The notes under the pieces are model-generated. The model saw only the letters and a list, made by a program, of their open reading frames with translations, was not told where the DNA came from and made no database searches. A DNA stretch of 64,000 nucleotides from Chitinophaga pinensis (GTDB lineage Bacteria; Bacteroidota; Bacteroidia; Chitinophagales; Chitinophagaceae), in contig CAMBEI010000003.1 of NCBI GenBank assembly GCA_945865645.1, forward strand, positions 8,308 through 72,307, given 5' to 3'. Position 1 is the first letter of the stretch, and every line of letters begins with the position of its first letter. Positions 16,881 through 27,844 of the stretch are shown piece by piece. The translations under genes and the position numbers were made by a program.

Positions 16881-18386
16881 AAAAAAACGGTAGTATTCCT
16901 ACTTTTAATTTCACTTTTCACCGCTTGCAAAAAATCTGGTGATGTTCCTGGTGATGTTATTGTAAACGAAGATCCCGCCACCTACAAAGAAATTGCTTCG
17001 TTAAACCTTGGAGGACTTGGTTCGGCAGAGATCACCACATTTGATCCGCTTACAAAAAGATTGTTTGCTGTGAATAATGGCACAGCTAATAAGATTGATG
17101 TGATTGATATTGCCAACCCTGCTGCTATAAGTCTGATCTATTCCATTAACCTCAGCGCCTATGGCGGCTATGTTAACAGTGTGGATGTAAACAATGGCAA
17201 ACTGGCTGCTGCAATCGAGTCGGCCACCAAACAAAATCCAGGAAAAATAGTTGTATTTAATACCAGTACGTATGCAGAAGAAAAAGTAATTACAGTAGGC
17301 GCTTTACCAGATATGGTTGTCTTCAGTCCGGACGGAAAATACATTCTTAGTGCAAATGAAGGAGAGCCCGATGCTACTTATACAAACGACCCTGAAGGAA
17401 CTGTTTCAATCATCAGCGTAGAAAATAATTATAGTGTTACTACCCTAAACTTTGCATCCTTTGCATCTCAGTTAACATCATTAAAAGCAAAAGGTTTCAG
17501 AGTATTTGGACCAGGTAATGATATTGCTAAAGATGTGGAACCGGAATATATTTCTGTTTCATCCGATTCGAAAACTGCCTGGGTTACTTTGCAGGAAAAC
17601 AATGGAATAGCTGTTATTGATATCGCAACCAAAACCATTACAAAGATATTACCGCTTGGTTTTAAAGATTATAATCTGGCTGCTAATGCTATTGATCCAA
17701 GCGACAAAGAAGGCGGAATAAATTTTAATCCCTGGAAAGTTTTTGGAACTTACATGCCTGATGCAATCTCGTCAATAAATTATAATGGCATTCCATACCT
17801 GTTTACGGCTAATGAAGGAGATGCCAGAGAATACACCGGTTTCAGCGAAATTAAGCGAGTTAAAGACATAGCACTGGATCTTACGGCATTTCCAAATGCA
17901 GCCATTTTGAAGCAGGATATTCAATTAGGAAGGTTGAATATTACCACTACAATGGGTGATACCGATTCGGATGGAGACTTTGATGCATTATACAGTTTTG
18001 GGGCAAGATCATTTAGTGTGTGGAATGGTAGCACAGGAGATTTAGTTTTTGACAGCAAGAATGAGCTGGATGTAAAAGCAAAAGACCTGGGAGTTTATGA
18101 TGATAACCGCAGTGATGACAAAGGAGCAGAACCCGAAACAATAATACTCGGCAAAGTAGGTACTAAAACCATTGCTTTTGTAGGTATGGAAAGAGCAGAT
18201 GCAGTTGCCGTTTATGATGTAACAAACCCAACCGCTCCTGTATTTATTAAAATATTTGCAACGGGCGATGCCCCTGAAGGAATGCTTTTTATACCGGCTT
18301 CAAAAAGCCCTATTCAACAAAGTTTATTAGTAGTTAGCAGCGAAAACGACGGAGTAATTAAAATATATAAAGCAGATAAGTTGTAG
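16863..18386 (+). CDS. Choice-of-anchor I family lipoprotein (alkaline phosphatase/5'-nucleotidase-associated beta-propeller)
   Basis: Lipobox LFTAC; GALPDMVVFSPDG..ANEGEP, EPEY, LQENN, YMPD, ANEGDAR, GARSFS, DNRSDDKGAEPE motifs. Start is 16863 or 16878. Confidence 0.85.
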   Translation: MKNQHMKKTVVFLLLISLFTACKKSGDVPGDVIVNEDPATYKEIASLNLGGLGSAEITTFDPLTKRLFAVNNGTANKIDVIDIANPAAISLIYSINLSAYGGYVNSVDVNNGKLAAAIESATKQNPGKIVVFNTSTYAEEKVITVGALPDMVVFSPDGKYILSANEGEPDATYTNDPEGTVSIISVENNYSVTTLNFASFASQLTSLKAKGFRVFGPGNDIAKDVEPEYISVSSDSKTAWVTLQENNGIAVIDIATKTITKILPLGFKDYNLAANAIDPSDKEGGINFNPWKVFGTYMPDAISSINYNGIPYLFTANEGDAREYTGFSEIKRVKDIALDLTAFPNAAILKQDIQLGRLNITTTMGDTDSDGDFDALYSFGARSFSVWNGSTGDLVFDSKNELDVKAKDLGVYDDNRSDDKGAEPETIILGKVGTKTIAFVGMERADAVAVYDVTNPTAPVFIKIFATGDAPEGMLFIPASKSPIQQSLLVVSSENDGVIKIYKADKL

Positions 18387-18415
18387 TTGTTCAACATAAA
18401 ACGTACCATATATAA

Positions 18416-18460
18416 TTTTAATAGTAAAAGAGAAGCGATGCTTCTCTTTTACTATTAAAA
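18416..18460. terminator. Perfect 21-bp inverted repeat, bidirectional terminator
   Basis: ttttaatagtaaaagagaagc-gat-gcttctcttttactattaaaa. Confidence 0.9.
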
Positions 18461-18552
18461 TCAATACTTTTTACGCTGCAATACAATTAATAAAAATTTT
18501 TTATACCTGTCAATCTTTTATTAAATTTGTGTTATCATTTAATAAAACAACG

Positions 18553-18813
18553 ATGGCAACAAAAAAAATAATAATAAAGAACCCTATTCCTCCTGCTGAT
18601 AACATACTGAAAAGAGTAACAGAACAGTTAAACACTTCTCTAACTTCTCTGAAAGTACAGCTTGGTGAAAAGAAATTCAAAAAAAGAATTAAGAAAGCAG
18701 CAAAGAAGTTGGTAGCAGGTATTAAAAAAATACCTCTTAAAAAGGCCGTCACAAAATCTAAAAAGACAATCCCTGTAAAGAAAAAAGCTGCAAAGCCTAC
18801 CTTAAAGAAATAA
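18553..18813 (+). CDS. Small Lys/Ala-rich histone H1-like basic protein
   Basis: MATKK..KKFKKRIKKAAKKLVAG..KKAVTKSKK..KKKAAKPTLKK; start at second ATG. Confidence 0.65.
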   Translation: MATKKIIIKNPIPPADNILKRVTEQLNTSLTSLKVQLGEKKFKKRIKKAAKKLVAGIKKIPLKKAVTKSKKTIPVKKKAAKPTLKK

Positions 18814-18932
18814 TGCCAGCAATTCATTACGATTTCTCATTAGATTAGATATTATCATCTTAACAGTTTCTGATTTCGGCTATATAATCGAAAAAATGGC
18901 TTCAATAGACATGAGCAATTAAAGTGTTTAAT

Positions 18933-18965
18933 AAAAAAGTGGTGGATATCCCCTTTTTATCCACT
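18933..18965 (-). terminator. Terminator of the two-component operon
   Basis: gtggata / tatccac stem with an A6 run on + (U-tract on -). Confidence 0.6.
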
Positions 18966-18975
18966 GTAATATATT

Positions 18976-20025
18976 TTAATCTTTTTTACTCTGCAGCGTA
19001 AACCCAAAGGTACTGCCCACATCAATCTTACTACGCACATGTATGGTTTGATCATGCGCTTCAATAATATGTTTGCAAATGGCTAACCCTAAACCACTTC
19101 CACCTACTTTGCGGCTTCGGGCAAGGTCAGTGCGGTAAAAGCGCTCAAATATCCGCAGCAAATGTTCTTCGGCAATACCAGAACCATCGTCGCTTATTTC
19201 TATTAAAACCCTGGCACCATCCACTTTATAAAAACTGGCTTCAATAGTGCCATTTTGTTTACCGTATTTGATGGCATTATCAAACAGGTTAATAAAAATC
19301 TGTCTTATTTTTTCTTTGTCCGCATAAACAGATAAAGACAATTCGCAGCCTTTTTTAATACTGTATCTTATTTGTTTTTCATCGGCTACAAAAGACAATG
19401 ATTCATTCACCTCTTTTACCAAATCCTGAATAATAAAATTATTTTTTAATAACAGTTGTTGGCCACTTTCCAGTTTTGATATCGAATCCAGATCATCAAC
19501 CAGGTTTACCAACCTGTCGATATTGCGGGAAGTGCTTTGCAGAAATTTTTTATTTACTTCGGGATTTTCCAAAGCTCCGTTCAATAATGTATCTATATAA
19601 CCCTGAATAGCAAAAATGGGGGTTTTCAATTCATGGCTCAGGTTTTGTAAAAATTCTTTCCGGTAGGCTTCATTTTGCTGCAGCAGTTCAATTTCCTCTT
19701 TATGTTGTTCTGCCCAGGCTTCTACATCCTCCCTTACTTTATCAATGCTTTTTTGAGGTAATATATTTTTATAATAAAACTCTTCTCTTTTACTGGCCTT
19801 GGTGTGATAAATGAATTTATAAATGAGTTTTATTTTGCGGTAGATAAAGGTTTGCAGGGTGTAAACAATTAAACCGTAAGCCCCCAGAAAGATTATGATG
19901 CATGACAATAAAGCGATCCACCATACAGGCTTAAAAACAAAAATTCCTATGGATATTGGTATGGATAACCCAAGTGCCGTTAATGCAGATAATTGCTGTG
20001 GCGAAAAATTTTTTGATGTAGGCAT
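18976..20025 (-). CDS. phoR: Sensor histidine kinase, PhoR-like
   Basis: Two N-terminal TMs, no large sensor domain; SHELKTP H-box, N-box (NLFDNAIKY), DDGSGI, FERFYR, GSGLGLAI. Confidence 0.75.
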   Translation of the reverse strand: MPTSKNFSPQQLSALTALGLSIPISIGIFVFKPVWWIALLSCIIIFLGAYGLIVYTLQTFIYRKIKLIYKFIYHTKASKREEFYYKNILPQKSIDKVREDVEAWAEQHKEEIELLQQNEAYRKEFLQNLSHELKTPIFAIQGYIDTLLNGALENPEVNKKFLQSTSRNIDRLVNLVDDLDSISKLESGQQLLLKNNFIIQDLVKEVNESLSFVADEKQIRYSIKKGCELSLSVYADKEKIRQIFINLFDNAIKYGKQNGTIEASFYKVDGARVLIEISDDGSGIAEEHLLRIFERFYRTDLARSRKVGGSGLGLAICKHIIEAHDQTIHVRSKIDVGSTFGFTLQSKKD

Positions 20026-20099
20026 AGTAAATAAGCTGCAAGCTACAAGCTACAAGGGAAAGTATTTGATTTTAATTCAGTTTTCTTCCTGCCAACTGC

Positions 20100-20792
20100 T
20101 TACTGCTCTAACAAATCAAATTTATAACCAACACCTTTTACAGTGGTAATACAATCTAGGTTTAGTTTCTGACGCACTTTGCGAATATGCACATCAATGG
20201 TGCGGTCTCCAACAATAACTTCGGTTCCCCATATCTGATTTAAAATTTCATTGCGCAAAAAAACCTTACCAGGCTTGCTAGCTAATAAAGCTAGTAATTC
20301 GAACTCTTTACGAGCAAGTATAATATTTTTCCCCTGGTAATTAACAATGTATTTTTCTCGATCTATTTTTAAATCGCCTATTTGTAGAACTCCGGTATCT
20401 TCTTTATTTAATCTTCTAAACAAAGCATTTACTTTACTCACCAATACTTTTGGACTAATAGGTTTGTTAATAAAATCATCGGCACCGATTTCTAATCCTT
20501 TTATTTCGGTTCCTTCGTCACTTAAAGCTGTTAAAAATATAATGAGGGCATCATTAAATGCCGGTTGCATTCGAAGTATATTACAAACTTCAATACCATT
20601 TTTTCCGGGCATCATAATATCTAGTATAATCAAATTGGGGTTAAAGCGTTTTGCTTGTTCAATGGCTTCATTTCCATTTTTAGCTGTTGCCACTTCATAC
20701 CCTTCATTTTGTAAATTATACTGGATAATTTCCAAAATGTCTGGCTCGTCATCAGCAATCAGTATTTTTTTAATTGTGTTAGGTATGTTCAT
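20100..20792 (-). CDS. phoP: OmpR/PhoB-family response regulator, PhoP-like
   Basis: ADDE, LDIMMP, KP receiver motifs; winged-helix IWGTEVIVGDRTIDVHIRKVRQKL..TVKGVGY. Start moved to ATG 20792 because a -7 element overlaps the longer start. Confidence 0.78.
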   Translation of the reverse strand: MNIPNTIKKILIADDEPDILEIIQYNLQNEGYEVATAKNGNEAIEQAKRFNPNLIILDIMMPGKNGIEVCNILRMQPAFNDALIIFLTALSDEGTEIKGLEIGADDFINKPISPKVLVSKVNALFRRLNKEDTGVLQIGDLKIDREKYIVNYQGKNIILARKEFELLALLASKPGKVFLRNEILNQIWGTEVIVGDRTIDVHIRKVRQKLNLDCITTVKGVGYKFDLLEQ

Positions 20793-20798
20793 GCAGTG

Positions 20799-20806
20799 CA
20801 AAAATA
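20799..20806 (-). promoter_or_regulatory. Bacteroidota sigma70 -7 element
   Basis: TATTTTTG matches TAnnTTTG. Confidence 0.7.
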
Positions 20807-20959
20807 GTATTTACTAACTATCCCGAACGTTGTTTGCATATTGTTTTGTATTATCAAATTGTTAAGTGAAAACAGTGCATTAACAATAAATTTAGCCCCT
20901 CATGCGATATATGTGCGTCCACAAACGTAATTTTATAATAAGAATTGCAGTATTTAATT

Positions 20960-23173
20960 ATGAAAAAATGTTTACTTAGCTGTTTCCTGTTTATCATTTT
21001 AACGCCTGTTTTTGCTGCAGCAGATTCGGTTATTGTACCCATTTACCGGCAGCTTTTTCATGACAAGATCAATGAAGAACAAATACAACTTGACCAGCTG
21101 GATGGAAAGCCTGACAGGCAGAATAACCTGACTAATAAACCGGAAATTAACCTGGTAATCACCGATGCCATGAACAGGAAGATTGATGAGTTGGAGGATT
21201 TCGTAGAACTAAATGATAAACTGGTTACCAATAATCAGAAAATAAGATATCTGGGCTATATTGAAAGTCTGCTAAAGGGTTTAAAATACGGTTACCGATC
21301 TAAAAATTTTAATCCTGTTTATGCTCCGCAGCTGGTTGAAACTTTTAAAAAGATAATGACAGATAATATTGTCAGCATCAGCATGATTGCTGAAATTGAA
21401 AAGGTTCCCTATCCTGTTGGCAAAATACTTACAGAAATTTTTACAGATAACCCCGGCTATGAACAAAGTAAAAAATTGCTGTACTTAAAATACGCCACCC
21501 TTAATCCGGAAAAGATTCTGCAAACCATTGAGCCTTATATAAATGAAAACTTTGCCGATTCATTGGTTACATTAAGTTGCGAATATAATCCTACGGCTGT
21601 TTATAATATTGCGCAGGCTCCCGACTCAAAATTGGGTATGCTCATACACCGGAACAGCAATCCTTTGATAAAAACAATTGCAGCGCTAAGCAAAACACCC
21701 AATGCACTCCTTTACTTTCCTTTTTTAGATGATCTAATTAAAGGAAGGAAAACAGTAGAAAATATAAAACAATACATAAGTTATGGGGAGGCAGGTTACG
21801 ACAGTATCGGATATTTTAAACTGCTGGTACAAACAGAAATAGCATATTTCAAAAGAATGACCTCCCCGGCAAAAGATACACCCCTGGCTATGTTTGGGCC
21901 CAATGGCCTGCGTGAGAAATTAAAGGAAAAAGCTATACAGCACTTTATTACCCCAATAAACGAACTGCATGATTTACCCAATATTAATGTACGTATGCGG
22001 GCAACAGATTCCCTATCAGCTGTTGACTTATATTATATGATGGTCATGAGTGAAAATGATATTTATACTTCCAGTTACAAACACAGTTACCAGCGTTTTA
22101 TACAAAGGCTTGGCAAAGATCCAAGAACTGACTCTTTACTGCTTACAGTTTATTTCGATTACTTTAAAAAATTTATTAAAATGTTAGCAAATTTTAATAA
22201 ACTCGATAATTTTTTAAGCTTCATGCCCCAGCGAAACTCTGAAACTTTAATGCGTGGCTTTATTGCCAACTTGGATAATACAGGAAACTTGGAAGATGCA
22301 ATTGATGTAGCAGATTCTTACAGCAGCATTACCGATAAAAAATTGCAAAGCACCATTTTGAGTTATGTAATAAAAAATGAAAAAGACTGTATTCAAAAAA
22401 ATAATAAGCGAGGAGAAACAATTTATAGATTACTAAAAACAATTTTTTTATCCGCCGATACTTCTCGTAAAATTGACCTCACTAGTGTACTTGGCATAGC
22501 ATCTATTTATGAAATTGAAAATAAAGATTTACGAGATGATAAGGGTAGAATTATACAGCAGGTTTATTGGTATGGCGATAAGGACGGAAAGTCATTTTTC
22601 CCTTCATTTATTAATTCTTTTTCGTCAAAGGAATGGATAATTACATCAAATAGCGAGTGGTATGAAATAAGATCTAAAAAAGGAAATGTGTTTATTTTTG
22701 CCAACCGACCGCTTGATAATGATGCCAACCTAGACGACAGCGCTCAAATACACTTAAACAATTATCTTGACTACAATAACATACATCCTTCGGTGATAGT
22801 GCACCGTGGACATAGTTACTGGCTTCCACGTACTATCAAACGTATGGCGGGCAATGCAAAGATTGTTATGCTGGGTTCTTGTGGTGGTTTTAAAAATTTA
22901 AATGATATTATTAGGGCAAATCCAGACGCGCACATTATATCTACCAAAGAAATAGGCGCTGGTGATATAAATCGACCAATACTAAATTATTTAAACCAAA
23001 GTTTTGAATCGGGCAGCAAACTGGTTTGGAAAAATATGTGGGCATCCCTTACAAAATTATTTACAGAAGATCCTATTAATGCTATTCGAGAAAGTTGGGA
23101 TGATTACATACCGCCCTACAAAAATTTGGGCGCTATTTTTTTAAAGGGGTACAACAATCTGTTGCAAGAGTGA
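20960..23173 (+). CDS. Large exported hypothetical protein; C-terminal His/Cys motif resembling clan CD peptidases
   Basis: Signal peptide MKKCLLSC..VFAA; helical middle; C-terminal VIVHRGHSY..IVMLGSCGG. Confidence 0.8.
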   Translation: MKKCLLSCFLFIILTPVFAAADSVIVPIYRQLFHDKINEEQIQLDQLDGKPDRQNNLTNKPEINLVITDAMNRKIDELEDFVELNDKLVTNNQKIRYLGYIESLLKGLKYGYRSKNFNPVYAPQLVETFKKIMTDNIVSISMIAEIEKVPYPVGKILTEIFTDNPGYEQSKKLLYLKYATLNPEKILQTIEPYINENFADSLVTLSCEYNPTAVYNIAQAPDSKLGMLIHRNSNPLIKTIAALSKTPNALLYFPFLDDLIKGRKTVENIKQYISYGEAGYDSIGYFKLLVQTEIAYFKRMTSPAKDTPLAMFGPNGLREKLKEKAIQHFITPINELHDLPNINVRMRATDSLSAVDLYYMMVMSENDIYTSSYKHSYQRFIQRLGKDPRTDSLLLTVYFDYFKKFIKMLANFNKLDNFLSFMPQRNSETLMRGFIANLDNTGNLEDAIDVADSYSSITDKKLQSTILSYVIKNEKDCIQKNNKRGETIYRLLKTIFLSADTSRKIDLTSVLGIASIYEIENKDLRDDKGRIIQQVYWYGDKDGKSFFPSFINSFSSKEWIITSNSEWYEIRSKKGNVFIFANRPLDNDANLDDSAQIHLNNYLDYNNIHPSVIVHRGHSYWLPRTIKRMAGNAKIVMLGSCGGFKNLNDIIRANPDAHIISTKEIGAGDINRPILNYLNQSFESGSKLVWKNMWASLTKLFTEDPINAIRESWDDYIPPYKNLGAIFLKGYNNLLQE

Positions 23174-23264
23174 GCAATAGACAGTAACCAGTGAAAGCAT
23201 GGTTAATAAATAATTTATTAAGACGTTTTTAGTACCAAAACTTCTAATCATTTACCTTTACCTT

Positions 23265-25055
23265 ATGGGTGATCATTCAAAAGCGAAAAAAAATATATTT
23301 GATTTTTCATTACTGCGCAGGGTATTCCAATTTGCCACCCCTTATAAAAATAAATTTTATGGTTCGTTGGTTTTAGCGATTTTACTTGCTGCAATTGCTC
23401 CTGTTAGACCATTGCTAATTCAACTGACCATTAATGATGGCATTACAGGAAAAACAGCAGCTCATTTTATAAATAGCCCTGGTGGTTTTATTATAGAAAT
23501 AACAATTTTTCAAATTGTATTGTTATTATTAGAAACTGTCTTTCGGTTTGTTTTCACTTTTGTTACTGCCTCATTGGGACAGTCTGTAGTAAGAGATATG
23601 CGGGTAAGCACATACAACAAAATTCTTCACCTCAATTTATCGCAATACGATAAAACACCTATAGGCACACTTACCACCAGAACAATTAATGATATTGAAT
23701 CTATAAATGATATTTTTAGTGACGGGTTAATTCCAATTATTGCCGATTTACTTTCTATTTTTTCGGTATTGAGTTATCTATTTTATGTTGACTGGCAGTT
23801 AACACTTATTTGTCTTTCGCCTTTTCCTATTTTAATTATAGCTACTTATTTTTTTAAAGAGAGTGTAAATAAATCTTTTATAGAGGTGCGTAATGCAGTG
23901 TCAAATCTTAATTCATTTGTACAGGAGCATATTACTGGTATGTCGGTTATTCAGGCATTTGCAGCAGAAAATAGAGAGCTTAATAAATTCAAGGATATTA
24001 ATAAAGCGCATCGAAATGCCAACATTAGGGCTATTTTTTCATACTCTATATTTTTTCCGATGGTTGAATTGATTATGGCTTTATCCATCGGCTTATTGGT
24101 ATGGTGGGCTGCAAAGGATGTGATTAAGACAGAGCAGGCCGAAAAAATTGCAGGTGTAATAACTTCTTTTATTCTTTGTCTTAATTTGTTATTTAGGCCT
24201 TTAAGGGTTATCGCCGATAAGTTTAATGTGTTGCAAATGGGCATGATTGCCAGCGAGCGTGTTTTTAAAATTTTGGATAATATAGATAGCGCACCTAACG
24301 AAGGGAATGTTACTACTGATCAATTAAAAGGCAAGGTAGAATTTGAAAAGGTTTGGTTTGCTTATATAGGCGATCAATATGTTTTAAAAGATATTAGTTT
24401 TAAGGTTAATGCTGGTGAAACATTAGCTATTGTTGGGCATACGGGCAGTGGTAAAACTTCCATCATTAGTTTATTAAACAGACTATACCAAATAAACAAA
24501 GGGATAATTAAAATTGATGACACCCATATAGCAGAATTTCATTTAGATGATTTAAGATCAAAAATTGCTGTGGTATTGCAAGATGTTTTTTTATTTAGTG
24601 GATCTATAAAAGACAATGTAACCTTGCTTAATAGCGCAATAAAAATGGAGGAGGTAATAAGTGCTGCCAAGTTGATTGGGATACATGATTTTATTATGCA
24701 ATTACCTGGCAATTACGATTACCATGTTATGGAGAGAGGTGCTACGCTTTCCTTAGGTCAGCGGCAATTACTTTCTTTTGTACGTGCTTTATTATACAAC
24801 CCTGCTATTTTAATTCTTGATGAAGCCACCTCATCGGTTGATACAGAAAGTGAAACTTTAATACAATATGCTATAGAAAAATTAATAGCAAACCGAACCT
24901 CTATTATTATTGCGCATCGTTTATCTACTATTCGCAAGGCAGATAAAATAATTGTATTGGATAAGGGCGAAATAAAAGAAATGGGCAGTCACGACGAATT
25001 ACTTAAAAAGGAAGGATTTTATTACCAATTGCATAATATGCAGTTTGAAAAGTAG
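23265..25055 (+). CDS. ABC exporter, fused permease/ATPase (MsbA/MdlB-like)
   Basis: TM domain; Walker A GHTGSGKT, LSLGQRQ signature, ILDEATS, IAHRLST. Confidence 0.95.
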   Translation: MGDHSKAKKNIFDFSLLRRVFQFATPYKNKFYGSLVLAILLAAIAPVRPLLIQLTINDGITGKTAAHFINSPGGFIIEITIFQIVLLLLETVFRFVFTFVTASLGQSVVRDMRVSTYNKILHLNLSQYDKTPIGTLTTRTINDIESINDIFSDGLIPIIADLLSIFSVLSYLFYVDWQLTLICLSPFPILIIATYFFKESVNKSFIEVRNAVSNLNSFVQEHITGMSVIQAFAAENRELNKFKDINKAHRNANIRAIFSYSIFFPMVELIMALSIGLLVWWAAKDVIKTEQAEKIAGVITSFILCLNLLFRPLRVIADKFNVLQMGMIASERVFKILDNIDSAPNEGNVTTDQLKGKVEFEKVWFAYIGDQYVLKDISFKVNAGETLAIVGHTGSGKTSIISLLNRLYQINKGIIKIDDTHIAEFHLDDLRSKIAVVLQDVFLFSGSIKDNVTLLNSAIKMEEVISAAKLIGIHDFIMQLPGNYDYHVMERGATLSLGQRQLLSFVRALLYNPAILILDEATSSVDTESETLIQYAIEKLIANRTSIIIAHRLSTIRKADKIIVLDKGEIKEMGSHDELLKKEGFYYQLHNMQFEK

Positions 25056-25136
25056 GGTCATTTGCTATAATATCATCCTATAAGCTAATTTATATGCATT
25101 TTTCTATCTCAATTTTTAATTTTCCTTCTTCATCCT

Positions 25137-25144
25137 TATCTTTG
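25137..25144 (+). promoter_or_regulatory. -7 element of atp operon
   Basis: TATCTTTG 20 nt upstream of atpB. Confidence 0.75.
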
Positions 25145-25164
25145 CGCCAAATTAGAGGTATATT

Positions 25165-26612
<1,448 letters not shown>

Positions 26613-26617
26613 AATGC

Positions 26618-26654
26618 TTACTGCATCCAAAGTACAGGACGGAGGATGCAGTAA
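26618..26654. repeat. Intergenic hairpin atpE-atpF
   Basis: ttactgcatcc / ggatgcagtaa 11-bp stem. Confidence 0.75.
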
Positions 26655-26697
26655 TTTTTATTATTAATCTCAATTATTTATTTTATAAAAAAATAAA

Positions 26698-27192
26698 ATG
26701 CAATTATTAACTCCGGCCTTTGGCCTTGTTATCTGGACGCTACTTGCCTTTTTGATCGTATTTTTTCTGTTGAAAAAATTTGCTTGGCCATTAATTCTAG
26801 CTGGATTAGCAGAGAGGGAAAAAAACATAACCGATTCTTTGGCTACTGCCGAAAAAATAAAGTTAGAAATGGCACAAATGAAGAGCGACAATGAAACCAT
26901 TCTTACCCAAGCACGGGAAGAAAGGGCCATTATGATTAAAGAAGCTAAGGCAACTAAAGACAAAATCATTTCCGAAGCTAAAGAAGAAGCTAAAGTACAA
27001 GCAAATAAAATTATTACTGATGCCCATGCTGCCATCAACATTCAAAAAATGGCAGCACTTACCGAAATTAAAAATCAAGTAGGCAGTTTAGTATTAGAAG
27101 TAAGTGAAAAAGTTTTACGTAAAGAATTAAGCAATAAAGCAGAGCAAGAGAATTATATTAAAACGCTGGCTGAAGAAGTGAAACTTAATTAA
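26698..27192 (+). CDS. atpF: F0 ATP synthase subunit b
   Basis: N-terminal TM, KFAW..I...L.ERE, coiled coil. Confidence 0.96.
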   Translation: MQLLTPAFGLVIWTLLAFLIVFFLLKKFAWPLILAGLAEREKNITDSLATAEKIKLEMAQMKSDNETILTQAREERAIMIKEAKATKDKIISEAKEEAKVQANKIITDAHAAINIQKMAALTEIKNQVGSLVLEVSEKVLRKELSNKAEQENYIKTLAEEVKLN

Positions 27193-27193
27193 T

Positions 27194-27223
27194 CATTTAG
27201 TCAATTAGTTAATTGACTAAATG
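27194..27223. repeat. Intergenic hairpin atpF-atpH
   Basis: catttagtcaatt / aattgactaaatg 13-bp stem. Confidence 0.75.
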
Positions 27224-27270
27224 TGTCAGGAGCTTTATTAAACAAATAATCACATTATTGAATTAGTTAT

Positions 27271-27837
27271 ATGAACAATCCACGTTTAGCCGGGCGATAC
27301 GCAAAAAGTTTAATTGATTTGGCAACAGAGCAAAAGCAAGTTGATGCTGTATATGCTGATATGAAATGGTTACACAAGATTTGCAAAAGTAATCCCGATT
27401 TTGTTAATATGTTGCGTAGTCCAGTTATTAAGCCGGCGGCAAAAGGGAATATTATTGAATCTATTACTAAAGAAAGGGTAAGTGCACTTTCAAGTGCATT
27501 TATACAGTTATTGGTACGTAAAAATAGGGAACCCAATTTGCCAGAAATTGCCACCAATTATATTGATCAATTTAATACACTTCGTAATATTCATAAAGTA
27601 AAAATAACTACAGCCGAGCCTATCACAGAGGCATTAAAAGATGCAATCATGGCAAATGTAACAGCCACAGCAAAAGTTGGGCAAACATTTGAAATTGAAA
27701 CCCAGGTAAATAACGAATTAATTGGTGGTTTTTTACTAGAAACTTCTGGCACTTTAGTTGATGCTAGTATTTTAAGAGATCTTAAGGATATTCAAAAACA
27801 GTTTAATAATAATGATTATTTGCACCGTTTAAGATAA
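27271..27837 (+). CDS. atpH: F1 ATP synthase subunit delta
   Basis: LAGRYAKSL, LIGGF, VDASI motifs. Confidence 0.96.
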   Translation: MNNPRLAGRYAKSLIDLATEQKQVDAVYADMKWLHKICKSNPDFVNMLRSPVIKPAAKGNIIESITKERVSALSSAFIQLLVRKNREPNLPEIATNYIDQFNTLRNIHKVKITTAEPITEALKDAIMANVTATAKVGQTFEIETQVNNELIGGFLLETSGTLVDASILRDLKDIQKQFNNNDYLHRLR

Positions 27838-27844
27838 ACTTTGT

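Noticed and set aside
18510-18827. 105-aa hydrophobic - strand ORF
   Set aside because: Phe-rich mirror of the Lys-rich + strand ORF (AAA read as TTT).
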